Of a stretch of DNA of 64,000 bases, positions 28,090-38,199 are shown piece by piece. The position numbers were made by a program, and so were the translations under genes. The DNA is from Candidatus Bathyarchaeota archaeon. Lineage in GTDB: Archaea > Thermoproteota > Bathyarchaeia > TCS64. Below the pieces are notes generated by a model. The model was not told the DNA's origin and did no database searches. It saw only the letters and a list, made by a program, of their open reading frames with translations. The number at the start of each line of letters is the position of its first letter. Within the stretch, counting starts at the first letter, position 1. The stretch lies in the NCBI GenBank assembly GCA_043826455.1, contig JBDRQD010000002.1, positions 26,181 through 90,180 of the forward strand, written 5' to 3'.

Positions 28090-29034
28090 ATGTCTTCCCT
28101 TGACTTCGGGGTCCAGATAGAGCCCCAGTACGGGTTCACCTATACCCAGATAAAGGAGGTAGCTCAGGCCGCTGAGCGCCTCGGCTATGAGTCCATCTGG
28201 GTCAGCGACCACTTCTTCATGACGCCAGACACCGTGGACACCAACTGCCTGGAGTGCTATACCGTGCTCACAGCCCTCGCCCGGGACACCCGGAGGCTCA
28301 GGCTGGGCGCCATGGTGGCCTCTCAGAGCTACCGGAACCCGGCGCTCCTGGCCAAGATGGCCGCGTCCCTGGACCACATCAGCGGGGGCCGCCTATACTT
28401 CGGCGTGGGCGCCGGATGGAAGGAGGCGGAGTACAGAGCCTACGGCTACCCCTTCCCGGGGCCGGGTGTGAGGATCAGGCAGCTGGACGAAGCCATCGAG
28501 GTGTGCAGACGCATGTGGACCAATGACAGGGCAAGCTTCGAGGGAAAATACTACACAGTCAGGGACGCCCTGTCAGCCCCCAAGCCCGTCCAGAGGCCGC
28601 TGCCCGTGTGGGTGGGGGGCACAGGCACCCAGACGCTGCGCGTCGCTGCTAAACACGCCGACGCCGTCAACTTCGCTTGGAGCCAGCCGCCGGCATTCTT
28701 CGGCGAGCGCCTCAAGGTGCTGGAACGCCACTGCAAGAAGATCGGCCGAGACCCCGCGGAGATTCGTAAATCAGCTGGGCTGATGGTGGTTATGGACGAG
28801 ACCTCGGAGGGCGTGGAAGCCCGGCTGGAGGCATTGAGAAGGCGCAGAGATGCCGAGTACATGAGGTACCTGAGCAGGCAGCCCCCTAACGTCACGGTGA
28901 CACCCGACGCCCTTGCCGAGCTGCTTGGGGAGTACGCCGCGCTGGGTGTGGGCCATTTCATACTGCGCTGGCACTACGGCGACGAGTTGAGGTCACTGAA
29001 GCTGTTCGCGGACAAGGTGATGAGGAAGCTTTAG
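28090..29034 (+). CDS. LLM-class (probably F420-dependent) oxidoreductase
   Basis: WVSDHF, YRNPALLAKMAASLDHISGGR, PKPVQ..VWVGG. Confidence 0.92.
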   Translation: MSSLDFGVQIEPQYGFTYTQIKEVAQAAERLGYESIWVSDHFFMTPDTVDTNCLECYTVLTALARDTRRLRLGAMVASQSYRNPALLAKMAASLDHISGGRLYFGVGAGWKEAEYRAYGYPFPGPGVRIRQLDEAIEVCRRMWTNDRASFEGKYYTVRDALSAPKPVQRPLPVWVGGTGTQTLRVAAKHADAVNFAWSQPPAFFGERLKVLERHCKKIGRDPAEIRKSAGLMVVMDETSEGVEARLEALRRRRDAEYMRYLSRQPPNVTVTPDALAELLGEYAALGVGHFILRWHYGDELRSLKLFADKVMRKL

Positions 29035-29081
29035 CCGGGCCTGGCAAAGGTGATATTTCCCCCAGGCGGCATGATACGCTG

Positions 29082-30341
29082 ATGACGTTGAACGCCGTGG
29101 AGAGACGAGTCCTCGACTCACTTGACCTTGACGACATGATCCGTTTCATCGGGGAGCTGGTGGCCATCCCCAGCTACGGGGGCAGGGAGACACGGGCCCA
29201 GAGGCACATGGCAGAGAAGCTGGGGAGCCTGGGCTTCGACGTGGACGCCTGGATGATAGACTTCTCGGAGCTGCGAAGGCACCCCGACTTCAGCATGAGC
29301 ATCCCCCGGGACGAAGGGATGGGCGTCGTGGGCACCTTGGGCGGCGACGAGAGGAGCCTCATCCTCTGCGGCCACATCGACACCGTGGACCCCGGCGACC
29401 CAGCTAACTGGGCCACGGACCCCATGAAGGCCACCATGAAGGACGGGAAACTCTATGGGCGAGGCGTCTGCGACATGAAGGGTGGACTCTCAGCAGCCCT
29501 ATACGCGGTGAAGGCCATCACGGACGCCGGCGTCAAGCTCAAGGGCAAGCTGATCTATGAGAGCTGCATAGGCGAGGAGGACGGAGGCTGCGGCGCCCTG
29601 GCCACGTGCCTCCGCGGCTACAGGGCGGACTCCGGCGTGATCATGGAGCCCAGCGAGGTCAAGGTGGCCCCCGAGGTGGCTGGGGCCATGAGTTTCAGGG
29701 CCACCGTCCCCGGCAGAAGCGTCCACGCCTGCGTCAGGGAGGAGGGCGTCAGCGCCATAGAGAAGTTCGTCACAGTCTTCAACGGCCTCAAGGAGCTGGA
29801 GGCTGACCGGAACAGGCGGGTATCCAACCCACTGTACAAGCGCTACAAGACGCCCTACGCACTCAGCATAGGCACAGTCCACGGCGGTCAGTGGCCCGGC
29901 ACAGTGCCCGAGAAGGTGACCTTCGAGGGCCGCCTCGGCGTAGCCGTCGGGGAGACTCAGCATCATGCCAGAGCCGAGCTGGAGAAGAAGGTAGGTGAGA
30001 TCGCTGACGGGGACCCGTGGCTCAGAGACCACAGGCCGACGGTGGAGTGGTCCGGTTACAGTTTCGCCCCCAGCAGGGTGCCCCTGGACCACCCCATAGT
30101 GAAGACGCTGGCCGCCGGCTACAGGGACGCCACAGGCTCGGAGCCGGTGTATGAGGGCATGACTTACGCCTCCGATGCGAGGCTCCTCATCAACGTGGGG
30201 GGGACTCCCACGGCAGTGTTCGGGCCCGGCGATGTCCGGGCCGCCCATGGAGCAAACGAGCACGTGTCCCTGGCGGAGCTGGAGACCACGGCCCGGACCT
30301 TGGCCCTAACGGTTCTCAGGTTCCTGGGATACGAGGGTTAG
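29082..30341 (+). CDS. M20 ArgE/DapE family deacylase
   Basis: GHIDTV, GRGVCDMKGG, EEDGG, EP, AH..NE. Confidence 0.92.
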   Translation: MTLNAVERRVLDSLDLDDMIRFIGELVAIPSYGGRETRAQRHMAEKLGSLGFDVDAWMIDFSELRRHPDFSMSIPRDEGMGVVGTLGGDERSLILCGHIDTVDPGDPANWATDPMKATMKDGKLYGRGVCDMKGGLSAALYAVKAITDAGVKLKGKLIYESCIGEEDGGCGALATCLRGYRADSGVIMEPSEVKVAPEVAGAMSFRATVPGRSVHACVREEGVSAIEKFVTVFNGLKELEADRNRRVSNPLYKRYKTPYALSIGTVHGGQWPGTVPEKVTFEGRLGVAVGETQHHARAELEKKVGEIADGDPWLRDHRPTVEWSGYSFAPSRVPLDHPIVKTLAAGYRDATGSEPVYEGMTYASDARLLINVGGTPTAVFGPGDVRAAHGANEHVSLAELETTARTLALTVLRFLGYEG

Positions 30342-30538
30342 AGGTCCGGTGGCCCTACTCGCACCCGGTCCAGGGCCTCTTCCCCGCTGTACTTTAACCC
30401 GAAGACTGAGCACAGGAGCCACGTCACTCCTGCGGACTCGACATTATCCGCCAGCGTCCTCAGCTCTTTCCTGTCGTCCGGCCACTCCTGCCCGTAGCAG
30501 ACATTGAAAGGCGCTCTAGTACTACTTTTCAGCTCAAT
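30338..30538 (-). pseudogene. C-terminal remnant of an LLM-class oxidoreductase
   Basis: Manual translation ..PFNVCYG..ESAGVTWLL..ALDRVRVGPPDL*, in-frame TGA upstream and no start. Confidence 0.5.
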
Positions 30539-30575
30539 TCATAACTTAAATACCGTCCCGGTCAAGGCTTATGGG

Positions 30576-31682
30576 TTGAACACCGTCGGCCTCATAGTCA
30601 ACCCAGTCGCCGGGATAGGCGGAGCCGTGGGCCTCAAGGGCAGCGACGGCGAGGAGACCCAGCGCAGGGCGCGGGAATTAGGCGCAGTGCCCCCCGCCCC
30701 TAGGAGAGCCACAGCAGCCCTCAGGGCCCTCAAGGCGGCGGTGCCGGAGGTAAAGGTCGTCACCTACCCTGGGTCTATGGGTGAGGACCCATGCAGGGAG
30801 GCCGGTATCGAGCCGGTGGTCCTGGGCGAAGTAGGGGGCGTCACGACTGCTGAGGACACCGTGAGGGCGGCTCTTGACCTCCGGGAGGCGGGTGTTGATC
30901 TCATCCTTTTCGTGGGTGGAGACGGCACAGCCAGGGACATCCACCTGGCCGTGGACTCCAGGATACCCGTTCTTGGTGTGCCCTCGGGCGTAAAGATACA
31001 CTCGGGGGTGTTCGCTGTTAACCCCGGATCGGCGGGCAGCCTCGCGGCCCTCTACCTCCGGGGTGACGCGCCTCTGAGGGATGCCGAGGTCATGGATATA
31101 GATGAGGAGGCCTTCAGGCGTAACCAGCTGTCGGCCAGCCTCTACGGCTATATGAGGGCACCATACTCGCCGCGGCACCTGCAGAGCAGCAAGGAGGGGG
31201 CCGGCCACCAGGAGGAGTACACGTTGGAGGCCATCGCCGCGGATGTGGTGGAGCACATGGAGCCTGAGGTTCTGTATATTCTGGGGCCGGGCTCAACCAC
31301 GGTGCCCATAGCCGTGAAGCTGGGCCTTGATAAGACGCTCCTTGGCGTGGACGCGGTCCTTGACGGTGAGCTGGTGGCGAGCGACGCATCGGAGGAGACC
31401 CTCCTGGGGCTCCTGGAGGGGCGAAGAGGCGCCGTGGTCCTATCCGTGATCGGGGGCCAGGGCTTCATACTGGGCAGGGGCAACCAGCAAATAAGCCCTA
31501 GGGTCATCCGTCAGGTGGGCAAGGAGAACATTATTATTGTGGCTACACCTGAGAAGCTGGCCTCGCTCAGGGGCCAGCCTCTGAGGGTGGACACCGGAGA
31601 CCCGGGCCTGGACGAGGAGCTGAAGGGCTACTACAGGGTGGTGACGGGGTACGGCAGGAGAACCATCATCAGAGTCGTTTAG
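30576..31682 (+). CDS. ATP-NAD kinase family protein
   Basis: NPVAGIGG.VGLKGSDG, GGDGTARD, GVKIHSGVF, GQGFILGRGNQQ; start trimmed to TTG 30576. Confidence 0.88.
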   Translation: MNTVGLIVNPVAGIGGAVGLKGSDGEETQRRARELGAVPPAPRRATAALRALKAAVPEVKVVTYPGSMGEDPCREAGIEPVVLGEVGGVTTAEDTVRAALDLREAGVDLILFVGGDGTARDIHLAVDSRIPVLGVPSGVKIHSGVFAVNPGSAGSLAALYLRGDAPLRDAEVMDIDEEAFRRNQLSASLYGYMRAPYSPRHLQSSKEGAGHQEEYTLEAIAADVVEHMEPEVLYILGPGSTTVPIAVKLGLDKTLLGVDAVLDGELVASDASEETLLGLLEGRRGAVVLSVIGGQGFILGRGNQQISPRVIRQVGKENIIIVATPEKLASLRGQPLRVDTGDPGLDEELKGYYRVVTGYGRRTIIRVV

Positions 31683-32412
31683 GCTAGGCGGCCCCCTCGA
31701 GGAACTAACAGAGGGCTACAAGGCCTCCAGGCACCCCTACAATGAGACTGGTGCCGAGATATACAGGCTCACCCACCCGGAGAAGCCGAGCCTATACCTT
31801 AAGGTCTACAGGAACACAGGGTTCAGGCTGAGGCGGGAGTACGATATCCTCAAGTGGATCGGGGTCAGGCTGCCCACCCCCGAGCCTCTCTTCTACATGT
31901 TCTCGGAGGGCGTGGAGTACCAGCTGACAAGTGAGGTGCCCGGTACCCCCGCCCATCAGGTGCAGCCCGAGGAGCGGGAGAACGCTGTACGGGTCCTGGC
32001 CTTCACCCTCAAATGTATTCACGAGCTGGACACAGACGCCTGCCCCTACACTAACACCATTAAAGACCGTGTCATAGTCCTCAAGTCGGCGCTAAATCAG
32101 AGGGACGGGACGAAGCTGGACGAGCTCATGGAGCACGCCCCGGCTGAGACGCTGGTCTTCACCCACGGCGACTACTGTCTCCCCAACGTGATCACCCTGG
32201 GTCCCCGCCTCAGCGGCGTAATAGACTGGGACCACGCCGGCCTGGCGGACCCATACGTGGACCTGGCTTCCTGCCTCTGGAGCCTCAAATACAACTACGG
32301 GGAGCGGGACTCCAAGGATATGTGGATACCCCTCTTCCTGGAGGTCTACGGCCTGGACGCTCTGGACGACGAGAAGCTGGGATTCTACTCGGAGCTCATG
32401 GCGCTGGAGTAG
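31681..32412 (+). CDS. Aminoglycoside 3'-phosphotransferase-like kinase, start codon unresolved
   Basis: HGDYCLPN and IDW motifs; APH-like N-lobe (TGAEIYRL..LYLK..REYDILKW) lies in frame upstream of ATG 31897. Confidence 0.75.
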   Translation, partial: RLGGPLEELTEGYKASRHPYNETGAEIYRLTHPEKPSLYLKVYRNTGFRLRREYDILKWIGVRLPTPEPLFYMFSEGVEYQLTSEVPGTPAHQVQPEERENAVRVLAFTLKCIHELDTDACPYTNTIKDRVIVLKSALNQRDGTKLDELMEHAPAETLVFTHGDYCLPNVITLGPRLSGVIDWDHAGLADPYVDLASCLWSLKYNYGERDSKDMWIPLFLEVYGLDALDDEKLGFYSELMALE

Positions 32413-33219
32413 CTATCTGGGCTTGTAGGGGCCCAGGTACTCCTCCTGGAGGATGTTTCCGCCGTCGATGACTATCTCGCTGCCGGTCAGGTAACTGGAC
32501 TCGTCCGAGGCCAGGAAGAGGACCAGGTTGCCCACGTCTTCAGGGCTGCCCTGCCGCCCCACCGGTATCTTGTAGCCGAACTCCCGCATCTTCTCATCGG
32601 CGTCCTCGTCGCCGCTGCTGCCTCTGAGGCCGAAGGCGCCTGGACTGTGGATGTAGCCGGGAAGGATGGTGTTCACGTTGATGCCGCTCTGAGCTGTCTC
32701 CAGGGCCAGGGTCTTGGTGAAGCCTACGACCGCCGCCTTGGTGGCACCGTAGGCCGTCTGGCCTCCGCCGGGGGAGCCCACCATGGGGCCCGTGACGCTG
32801 CTCATGTTGATGATCTTGCCGTACCTGCGCTCCATCATGCCGGGGAGCACGGCCTTGGCGCACCTGAACATGCCGAACACGTTGATCTCGAACATCCTGT
32901 GGAGGAACTCCTCATCCATCTCCACGAGCCTCCGCCGAGGGTAGATGCCAGCGTTGTTCACCAGGATGTCCACCCTGCCGTGTCTTCTTTCGATGTCCGC
33001 CATGACCTCAGCCACCTGATCGGGGTCGGTGACGTCCATGATCATGCTCTCAGCCTTGTAGCCCTCGGAGGCTATCGTCTTGGCCGTCTCCTCCACCTTC
33101 GAGGAAACATCTGTCAGTACCACGGTTGCCCCGTTCCTAGCCAGCACCCGGCTTATGCCGGCGCCGATGCCCTGCATGGCGCCGGTCACCACAGCCACTT
33201 TACCCTCAAGCCTCACCAC
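32413..33219 (-). CDS. SDR oxidoreductase (UcpA/FabG-like)
   Basis: TGAMQGIG, NNAG, YGATK. Confidence 0.93.
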   Translation of the reverse strand: MVRLEGKVAVVTGAMQGIGAGISRVLARNGATVVLTDVSSKVEETAKTIASEGYKAESMIMDVTDPDQVAEVMADIERRHGRVDILVNNAGIYPRRRLVEMDEEFLHRMFEINVFGMFRCAKAVLPGMMERRYGKIINMSSVTGPMVGSPGGGQTAYGATKAAVVGFTKTLALETAQSGINVNTILPGYIHSPGAFGLRGSSGDEDADEKMREFGYKIPVGRQGSPEDVGNLVLFLASDESSYLTGSEIVIDGGNILQEEYLGPYKPR

Positions 33220-34751
33220 TTCTCACCTCTCTTCCTCTTGTAGGCCCTCCAGCTCATGGCCCACCTCTCCGGGTCATCGAAGCCACCGTCCAGAGTCACG
33301 TGGTTGCTGCTCCTGTGGGGGGCCGTCTTAACCAGCTCAGGGTCCGAATAAGCCTCCTCGATAACTGTCCTCAGGGCCTCAACCCAGTAGTCTATGTCCG
33401 CCTTGCTGTAGGTCTCGCAAGGCTCAGGGGTGAAGGGCTCAGGCACCAGCCACGGGTGGTGGCTGGTGAACATGCTCTGCACTCCGTAGTCGATGAGCCT
33501 GTTGTTGACCTCGTGGACGCCGACGCCCGTCTCCTCCTTCAGCCTCTCAAGGCTCCACCTGGCCTGGTCGAGCCGCCTGCCGCCGAAGGGCAGCGTCACG
33601 CCTCTGATCTTCTTCACCTTCTCCACCAGGTACTGGTTGTTGATCATGCTCACCTCGGCGGCCTCCCTGATGCCCTCGGCGCCCATGGCAATGCACCAGG
33701 CGTAGCTGCGCACCACTGCCTGGAGGTTGCCCATGAAGTCCCTGACCCGGCCAATGCTGTGGGGCCTATCGTAGTCCAGACGGTAGAGGCCGTCCCTCTT
33801 CACTATGACGGGCACTGGCAGATAGGGTTCCAGCTCCTCGGTGACGCCTACTGCGGCTGAGCCTGGGCCGCTGCTGCCGTGGGGGCTGCTGAAGGTCTTG
33901 TGGAGGTTGAAGAAGCACAGGTCGAACCCGGCCTCACGGGCTCTGGTCACCCCCATGATGGCGTTGGCGTTGGCCTGGTCGTAGGAGCAGAGGCCCCCAG
34001 CCTCATGGATTATGCTGGTCCACTCATCGATCTCCTTGTTGAATATGCCCGTGTCCTCGGGGTTTGTGATGAAGCAGCCAGCCGTCCTAGGGCTGACGGC
34101 CTCCTTAAGGGCCTCCGTGTCGGGGAGCCCGGTCTCCGGGTTAGGGTACAGGGTTATCACCTTGTAGCCGGCCGTGGCCGGGCACGCGGCGTCGCATGGG
34201 TGGCTGAAGATGGTGGTTATAACCTCGTCCCTCCAGGGCTCGTCGTTCGTCTGGTGGTACTTTCTCATGATCAACGCGTTGTTGTAGGCCCCGGCTGACC
34301 CCCCGGGGGGCTGGAAGCTGAAGGCGTCCATGCCGCTGATCTCCCTGAGGAAGACATCGCCGAACTCGTACACCACCTGAAGTAATCCCTGGATGGTCTC
34401 CTCAGGCTGCTCCGGGTGAACCTCCGCGATCATGCCGACCAGGTCCTCGTTCACCTTGGGGCTGTACTTCATGGTGCATGTGCCCACCCCCAGGTCTATG
34501 TCCAGCTCCATGCCCAGCGTCATCTGGCTGAGCCTGAGGTAGTGGCGCAGCACCTGAGCCTGACTGATCTCAGGCAGCCCAGGCTTCTCTCTCCTCCTCA
34601 TAGAGGCCGGCACCAGCTTTGAGGCGTCCCCCACCTTGGCCTTGATCTTGTTCTCGGCCCTGGGTGGTATGAAGCCTCTTTCACCGGGGCTGCTCAGCTC
34701 GTGGACTATGGGCTCATTCCACCTGGCCGCGTGATACTCTCTCACCTTCAT
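33213..34751 (-). CDS. gcvPB: Glycine dehydrogenase P-protein subunit 2
   Basis: GTCTMKYSPK, TNPEDTG, NLHKTF..PHG (PLP lysine). Confidence 0.9.
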   Translation of the reverse strand: MKVREYHAARWNEPIVHELSSPGERGFIPPRAENKIKAKVGDASKLVPASMRRREKPGLPEISQAQVLRHYLRLSQMTLGMELDIDLGVGTCTMKYSPKVNEDLVGMIAEVHPEQPEETIQGLLQVVYEFGDVFLREISGMDAFSFQPPGGSAGAYNNALIMRKYHQTNDEPWRDEVITTIFSHPCDAACPATAGYKVITLYPNPETGLPDTEALKEAVSPRTAGCFITNPEDTGIFNKEIDEWTSIIHEAGGLCSYDQANANAIMGVTRAREAGFDLCFFNLHKTFSSPHGSSGPGSAAVGVTEELEPYLPVPVIVKRDGLYRLDYDRPHSIGRVRDFMGNLQAVVRSYAWCIAMGAEGIREAAEVSMINNQYLVEKVKKIRGVTLPFGGRRLDQARWSLERLKEETGVGVHEVNNRLIDYGVQSMFTSHHPWLVPEPFTPEPCETYSKADIDYWVEALRTVIEEAYSDPELVKTAPHRSSNHVTLDGGFDDPERWAMSWRAYKRKRGEKW

Positions 34752-36145
34752 GCCAGCGCCTCCTTCATTGCATGCTCCAGAGCCTCTATCTGCTCCAGGG
34801 TGTGGACCTCCGTTACGCAGTAGAGGGCCGACTCCCCGAGAGCCGGGAACTCCTTCGACAGGTCCTTCCCTCCGAGTATCCTGCGCCTCAGCAGCGCCTT
34901 GTTCACCTCTCTGACGGTTTTACCTGTGAAACTGACAGGGAACTCCTTGAAGAAGCCCATGTAGGGTACCTGTATGCCTTCCAGCTCGCCCAGAAGCCCC
35001 GCTGTGTAGTGGCTCTTCTGAAGGATGGTCTCCCCCACCTCCCCGATGCCCTCGGGACCCAGCAGACTCATGTAAACCGCAGCTACTATCCCCCAGAGGG
35101 CCGTGGTGGTGCCCACCCAGTCCTTGGCGTTCTCCCGGGCCACGTAGCTGGTGCGCTCGTAGAGGGCCTGCCCGAACCCGTACTCCCCCGGGACGACGGT
35201 TTCGGTGATGCTCACCAGCCTCAGGGGGTACTCGGCCACGTACCTCTCCTCGTCCCTGCTGGCTATGAAGCCGCATGAGCCGCCCCCAGCGTACATGTGG
35301 ACGCCCAGGGACTGGGCCTCTCCGCAGGCTATGTCCACGCCGTAGTCGCTGGGCGGGGCCAGGACCCCCAGGCTTATGGGGTCCACCCCGCAGACGCTCT
35401 CCGCCCCAACGCTATGGGCCAGGGCGCTTATCTCTTCTCCCTCAGCCTCTATGACTCCTAGGTAGTTGGGGTTCTCGAAGTAGACGCAGGCCACGTCCTC
35501 ACCCAGCTTGGACTCCAGGTCGCCGAGGTCCACTGTACCGGTTTCGAGGTACATATCCACGGGGACCACATCTATGCCGGCGCCTTCCTGGGCCGAGCCG
35601 CAGAAGTTGGTGATGACGCTGAGCCTGGAGGGGCTCACGTTCCCTGGTACCAGTATCTTCCTTCGCCCTGTGAGCCTGGATGCCATCCTGACGCTGTTGC
35701 CGGCGGCCGCCGCCCAGTCGTAGGTGGGGATGCCGGTCACCTCCATGCCCAGGAGCTCGCAGATGAGGCTCTGGAACTCGAAGTTGGCCTGGAACCTGCC
35801 CAGGTCGCTGTGGCTGCCACCAGCGTAGGCTGTGAGGAACTCGCTTCGGCCGGCTATCACCTCGCAGACCTTGGGGACGTAGTGCCTCCAGCAACCTGCG
35901 CCCAGGAAGCTGATGTACTCGGCCGCAGTCACGTTCCTGCTGAGGATGGACTCAACGTGGCGTCTGAGCTCCAGCTCCCCTGGAAGGGGCTCAGGCAGCC
36001 TCAGCTGCCTCTCCATGAGCAGCCTGTCGGGTATCATCTCCCTGTAAAGCTCGTCGGCGTCTCTAGCCCCCACGGCTCTAAGCATCTCCCGTTTGACCTC
36101 AGGCACGGAGTTGGGTATGTAGGGGTGGGGTGCGCCTTTGACCAT
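34748..36145 (-). CDS. gcvPA: Glycine dehydrogenase P-protein subunit 1
   Basis: HPYIPN, FLGAG, SEFLTAY, FEFQSLI.EL, PNYLG. Confidence 0.9.
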   Translation of the reverse strand: MVKGAPHPYIPNSVPEVKREMLRAVGARDADELYREMIPDRLLMERQLRLPEPLPGELELRRHVESILSRNVTAAEYISFLGAGCWRHYVPKVCEVIAGRSEFLTAYAGGSHSDLGRFQANFEFQSLICELLGMEVTGIPTYDWAAAAGNSVRMASRLTGRRKILVPGNVSPSRLSVITNFCGSAQEGAGIDVVPVDMYLETGTVDLGDLESKLGEDVACVYFENPNYLGVIEAEGEEISALAHSVGAESVCGVDPISLGVLAPPSDYGVDIACGEAQSLGVHMYAGGGSCGFIASRDEERYVAEYPLRLVSITETVVPGEYGFGQALYERTSYVARENAKDWVGTTTALWGIVAAVYMSLLGPEGIGEVGETILQKSHYTAGLLGELEGIQVPYMGFFKEFPVSFTGKTVREVNKALLRRRILGGKDLSKEFPALGESALYCVTEVHTLEQIEALEHAMKEALA

Positions 36146-36527
36146 GATTTCACCTAGCCCATAGACGGTGGGCTCTGTGTTTAACGGTTTCCAGTGAAAG
36201 CAAAAGTAAGAGGTTTTCGATTAACCGTGTTTTCTAGGGCTCCGAAGTCAAGGACGAGGAGGCACCTCACTGAAGGAAAAGTATGAAGCTATAGATGGAA
36301 ATTTTTTTCGCCTTATACCATCTAGGACGGTATAAGCCACATCTCAGGGACTTCACGCCAGCACTATAGCCCCAGAGGGGGGTAGAGCGAGATAGACTGG
36401 AAACGGACGCCCCACACCAAAAGGAGCCACAGAACCGGTCCGACGGCGCATGAATCTATGCAAAAGCGCTGTTCATACCATACAAAAATACGGCACATTC
36501 ATCACATCAAGCACAGGGCAACGATGG

Positions 36528-36681
36528 TTGATATGCAAAAAAAGTAGGAGGTATCATCTAATGGCGAATATTCCTATCATTCAGGATCACCCGCACATCG
36601 ACGAGACGCCTGAGCACCCCAGGTAAATTGACGCGAAAAAGGTAGGAGGGATATCATATAATAGCGCATATTTTTATTATT
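36528..36681 (+). repeat. Imperfect ~54-bp direct repeat, 100-bp period
   Basis: TTGA..AAAAA.GTAGGAGG..TATCAT.TAAT.GCG.ATATT..TAT.ATT at 36528 and 36628. Confidence 0.7.
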
Positions 36682-36867
36682 AGACAGATTACTTGCCCAA
36701 AGTCGAAGACTACAGCACATTAAAAAGATAGTCAAAAGCCTCGTAAGTGTCTCCAAAAACTTGTGGCAGCGATAGAGCCTGGGCATAGCGCCTTAAACGC
36801 TTCATCCCCCCTGCACAAACTTTAATCACTTAAGCCCCGTGAGGTATCTTTAACTGGTGGAGGCTTA

Positions 36868-38136
36868 GTGGAGGAGACCCCCAAGAGGACGCTGATTCCC
36901 CGCAACGTGCTCGTCCTAACCATGAGCAGAGCCATCTGGAGCATGAGCGACACCAACATAGATAACTTCATCAGCAGCTACATGCTCGCCCTGGGGGCCA
37001 GCGTCCCCACCATCGGCCTCATCAACGCCCTGGGCAGCTTCGGCGCCATGCTCCTCTACCCCATAGGCGGCTACATAGCGGACAAGAGCGGCCGGGTCCG
37101 CCTCGTCTCATACTCCACCATCCTCTACGTGTCCAGCTTCCTCGTCTTCCTGTTCGCCCCAGGCTGGGAGTGGGCCGCCTTCGCCATGATCTACCAGCAG
37201 ATGGTCCTCTTCTACGTGCCCGCCATGAACGCGGTGATGGCTGACAGCATCCCCGTGGGCGAACGGGGGAGACTATACGCCTTCAACTTCGCCCTACCCA
37301 ACATCATCAGGATCATAGCCCCCTACATAGCGGGCCTCTTCATAGCCAGGTTCGAGCTCATCCCGGCAATGCGCATAGGGTTCACCTTCAGCTTCATCAC
37401 AGGCCTGGTGGTGGCCGCCCTCCGCCTCTTCTTCCTGAAGGAGACCCTCCCTAAAATGGAGACCATGGACTGGAACCCGCTGCGCCTCTTCGTGAACGCC
37501 TACAGGGACATGGTGGTGACGTTGAGGTGGGTCTGGGACAACATACGGACCTACGCAGCCTTGAGCATGACACTGTCCTTCCTCAGCAGCATGATTCTGC
37601 CCTTCTGGATAATATACGCGGCCTTGGAGATAGGGCTAGAACCCTACCAGTGGGGGGTGATCCTCCTATGGAGCGGCGTAGCCAGGGCCGTCCTGAGCCT
37701 GTTCATCGGGGAGATAGTGGACAGGTTGGGCCCCCGAAGGTGTTTCCTGGCCGGCTTCCTCCTGTCCATCCCGTGCATGTTCCTGTTCACCTTAGCCTCA
37801 GGGTTCTGGGACTTGCTGGCCATCTACACGGTCATAGTGCTGGCGTCCGTCCTCATGTGGATCGCGTCCCAGGTGTACCTGGCTGACAGCATCCCAAAGG
37901 AGATCAGGGGCAGGACAATGGCGGGGCTGGGGAGTGGCATAACCTTGGGCGTGGCTGGGATCGGGTTCCCCAGTGGGTTCCTAATATTCCTCCCCAAGAC
38001 CCTGGGCAGCTTGGCTGGGGGATACATATACCATCTGAGGCCCGTTCTGCCCTGGGCCATCCAGTCAGTTTTCCTGTTGGTGGGCCTCATTTACACATGG
38101 TTTATGCTATTCGACCCTAAGAAGCCCCAGGAATAA
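36868..38136 (+). CDS. MFS transporter
   Basis: GGYIADKSGR, GEIVDRLGPRR; about 12 TM. Confidence 0.9.
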   Translation: MEETPKRTLIPRNVLVLTMSRAIWSMSDTNIDNFISSYMLALGASVPTIGLINALGSFGAMLLYPIGGYIADKSGRVRLVSYSTILYVSSFLVFLFAPGWEWAAFAMIYQQMVLFYVPAMNAVMADSIPVGERGRLYAFNFALPNIIRIIAPYIAGLFIARFELIPAMRIGFTFSFITGLVVAALRLFFLKETLPKMETMDWNPLRLFVNAYRDMVVTLRWVWDNIRTYAALSMTLSFLSSMILPFWIIYAALEIGLEPYQWGVILLWSGVARAVLSLFIGEIVDRLGPRRCFLAGFLLSIPCMFLFTLASGFWDLLAIYTVIVLASVLMWIASQVYLADSIPKEIRGRTMAGLGSGITLGVAGIGFPSGFLIFLPKTLGSLAGGYIYHLRPVLPWAIQSVFLLVGLIYTWFMLFDPKKPQE

Positions 38137-38199
38137 CCCATATATCGGGGGCATGTGTAGCCGTTCACGGGTTTCTCCCCCGGTGACCATCGGAGGCGT

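Noticed and set aside
36528..36681. CRISPR mini-array or sigma-70 promoter reading of the direct repeat
   Set aside because: Only two degenerate copies, no cas genes; TTGACG-to-TATAAT spacing is 23 bp, too long.
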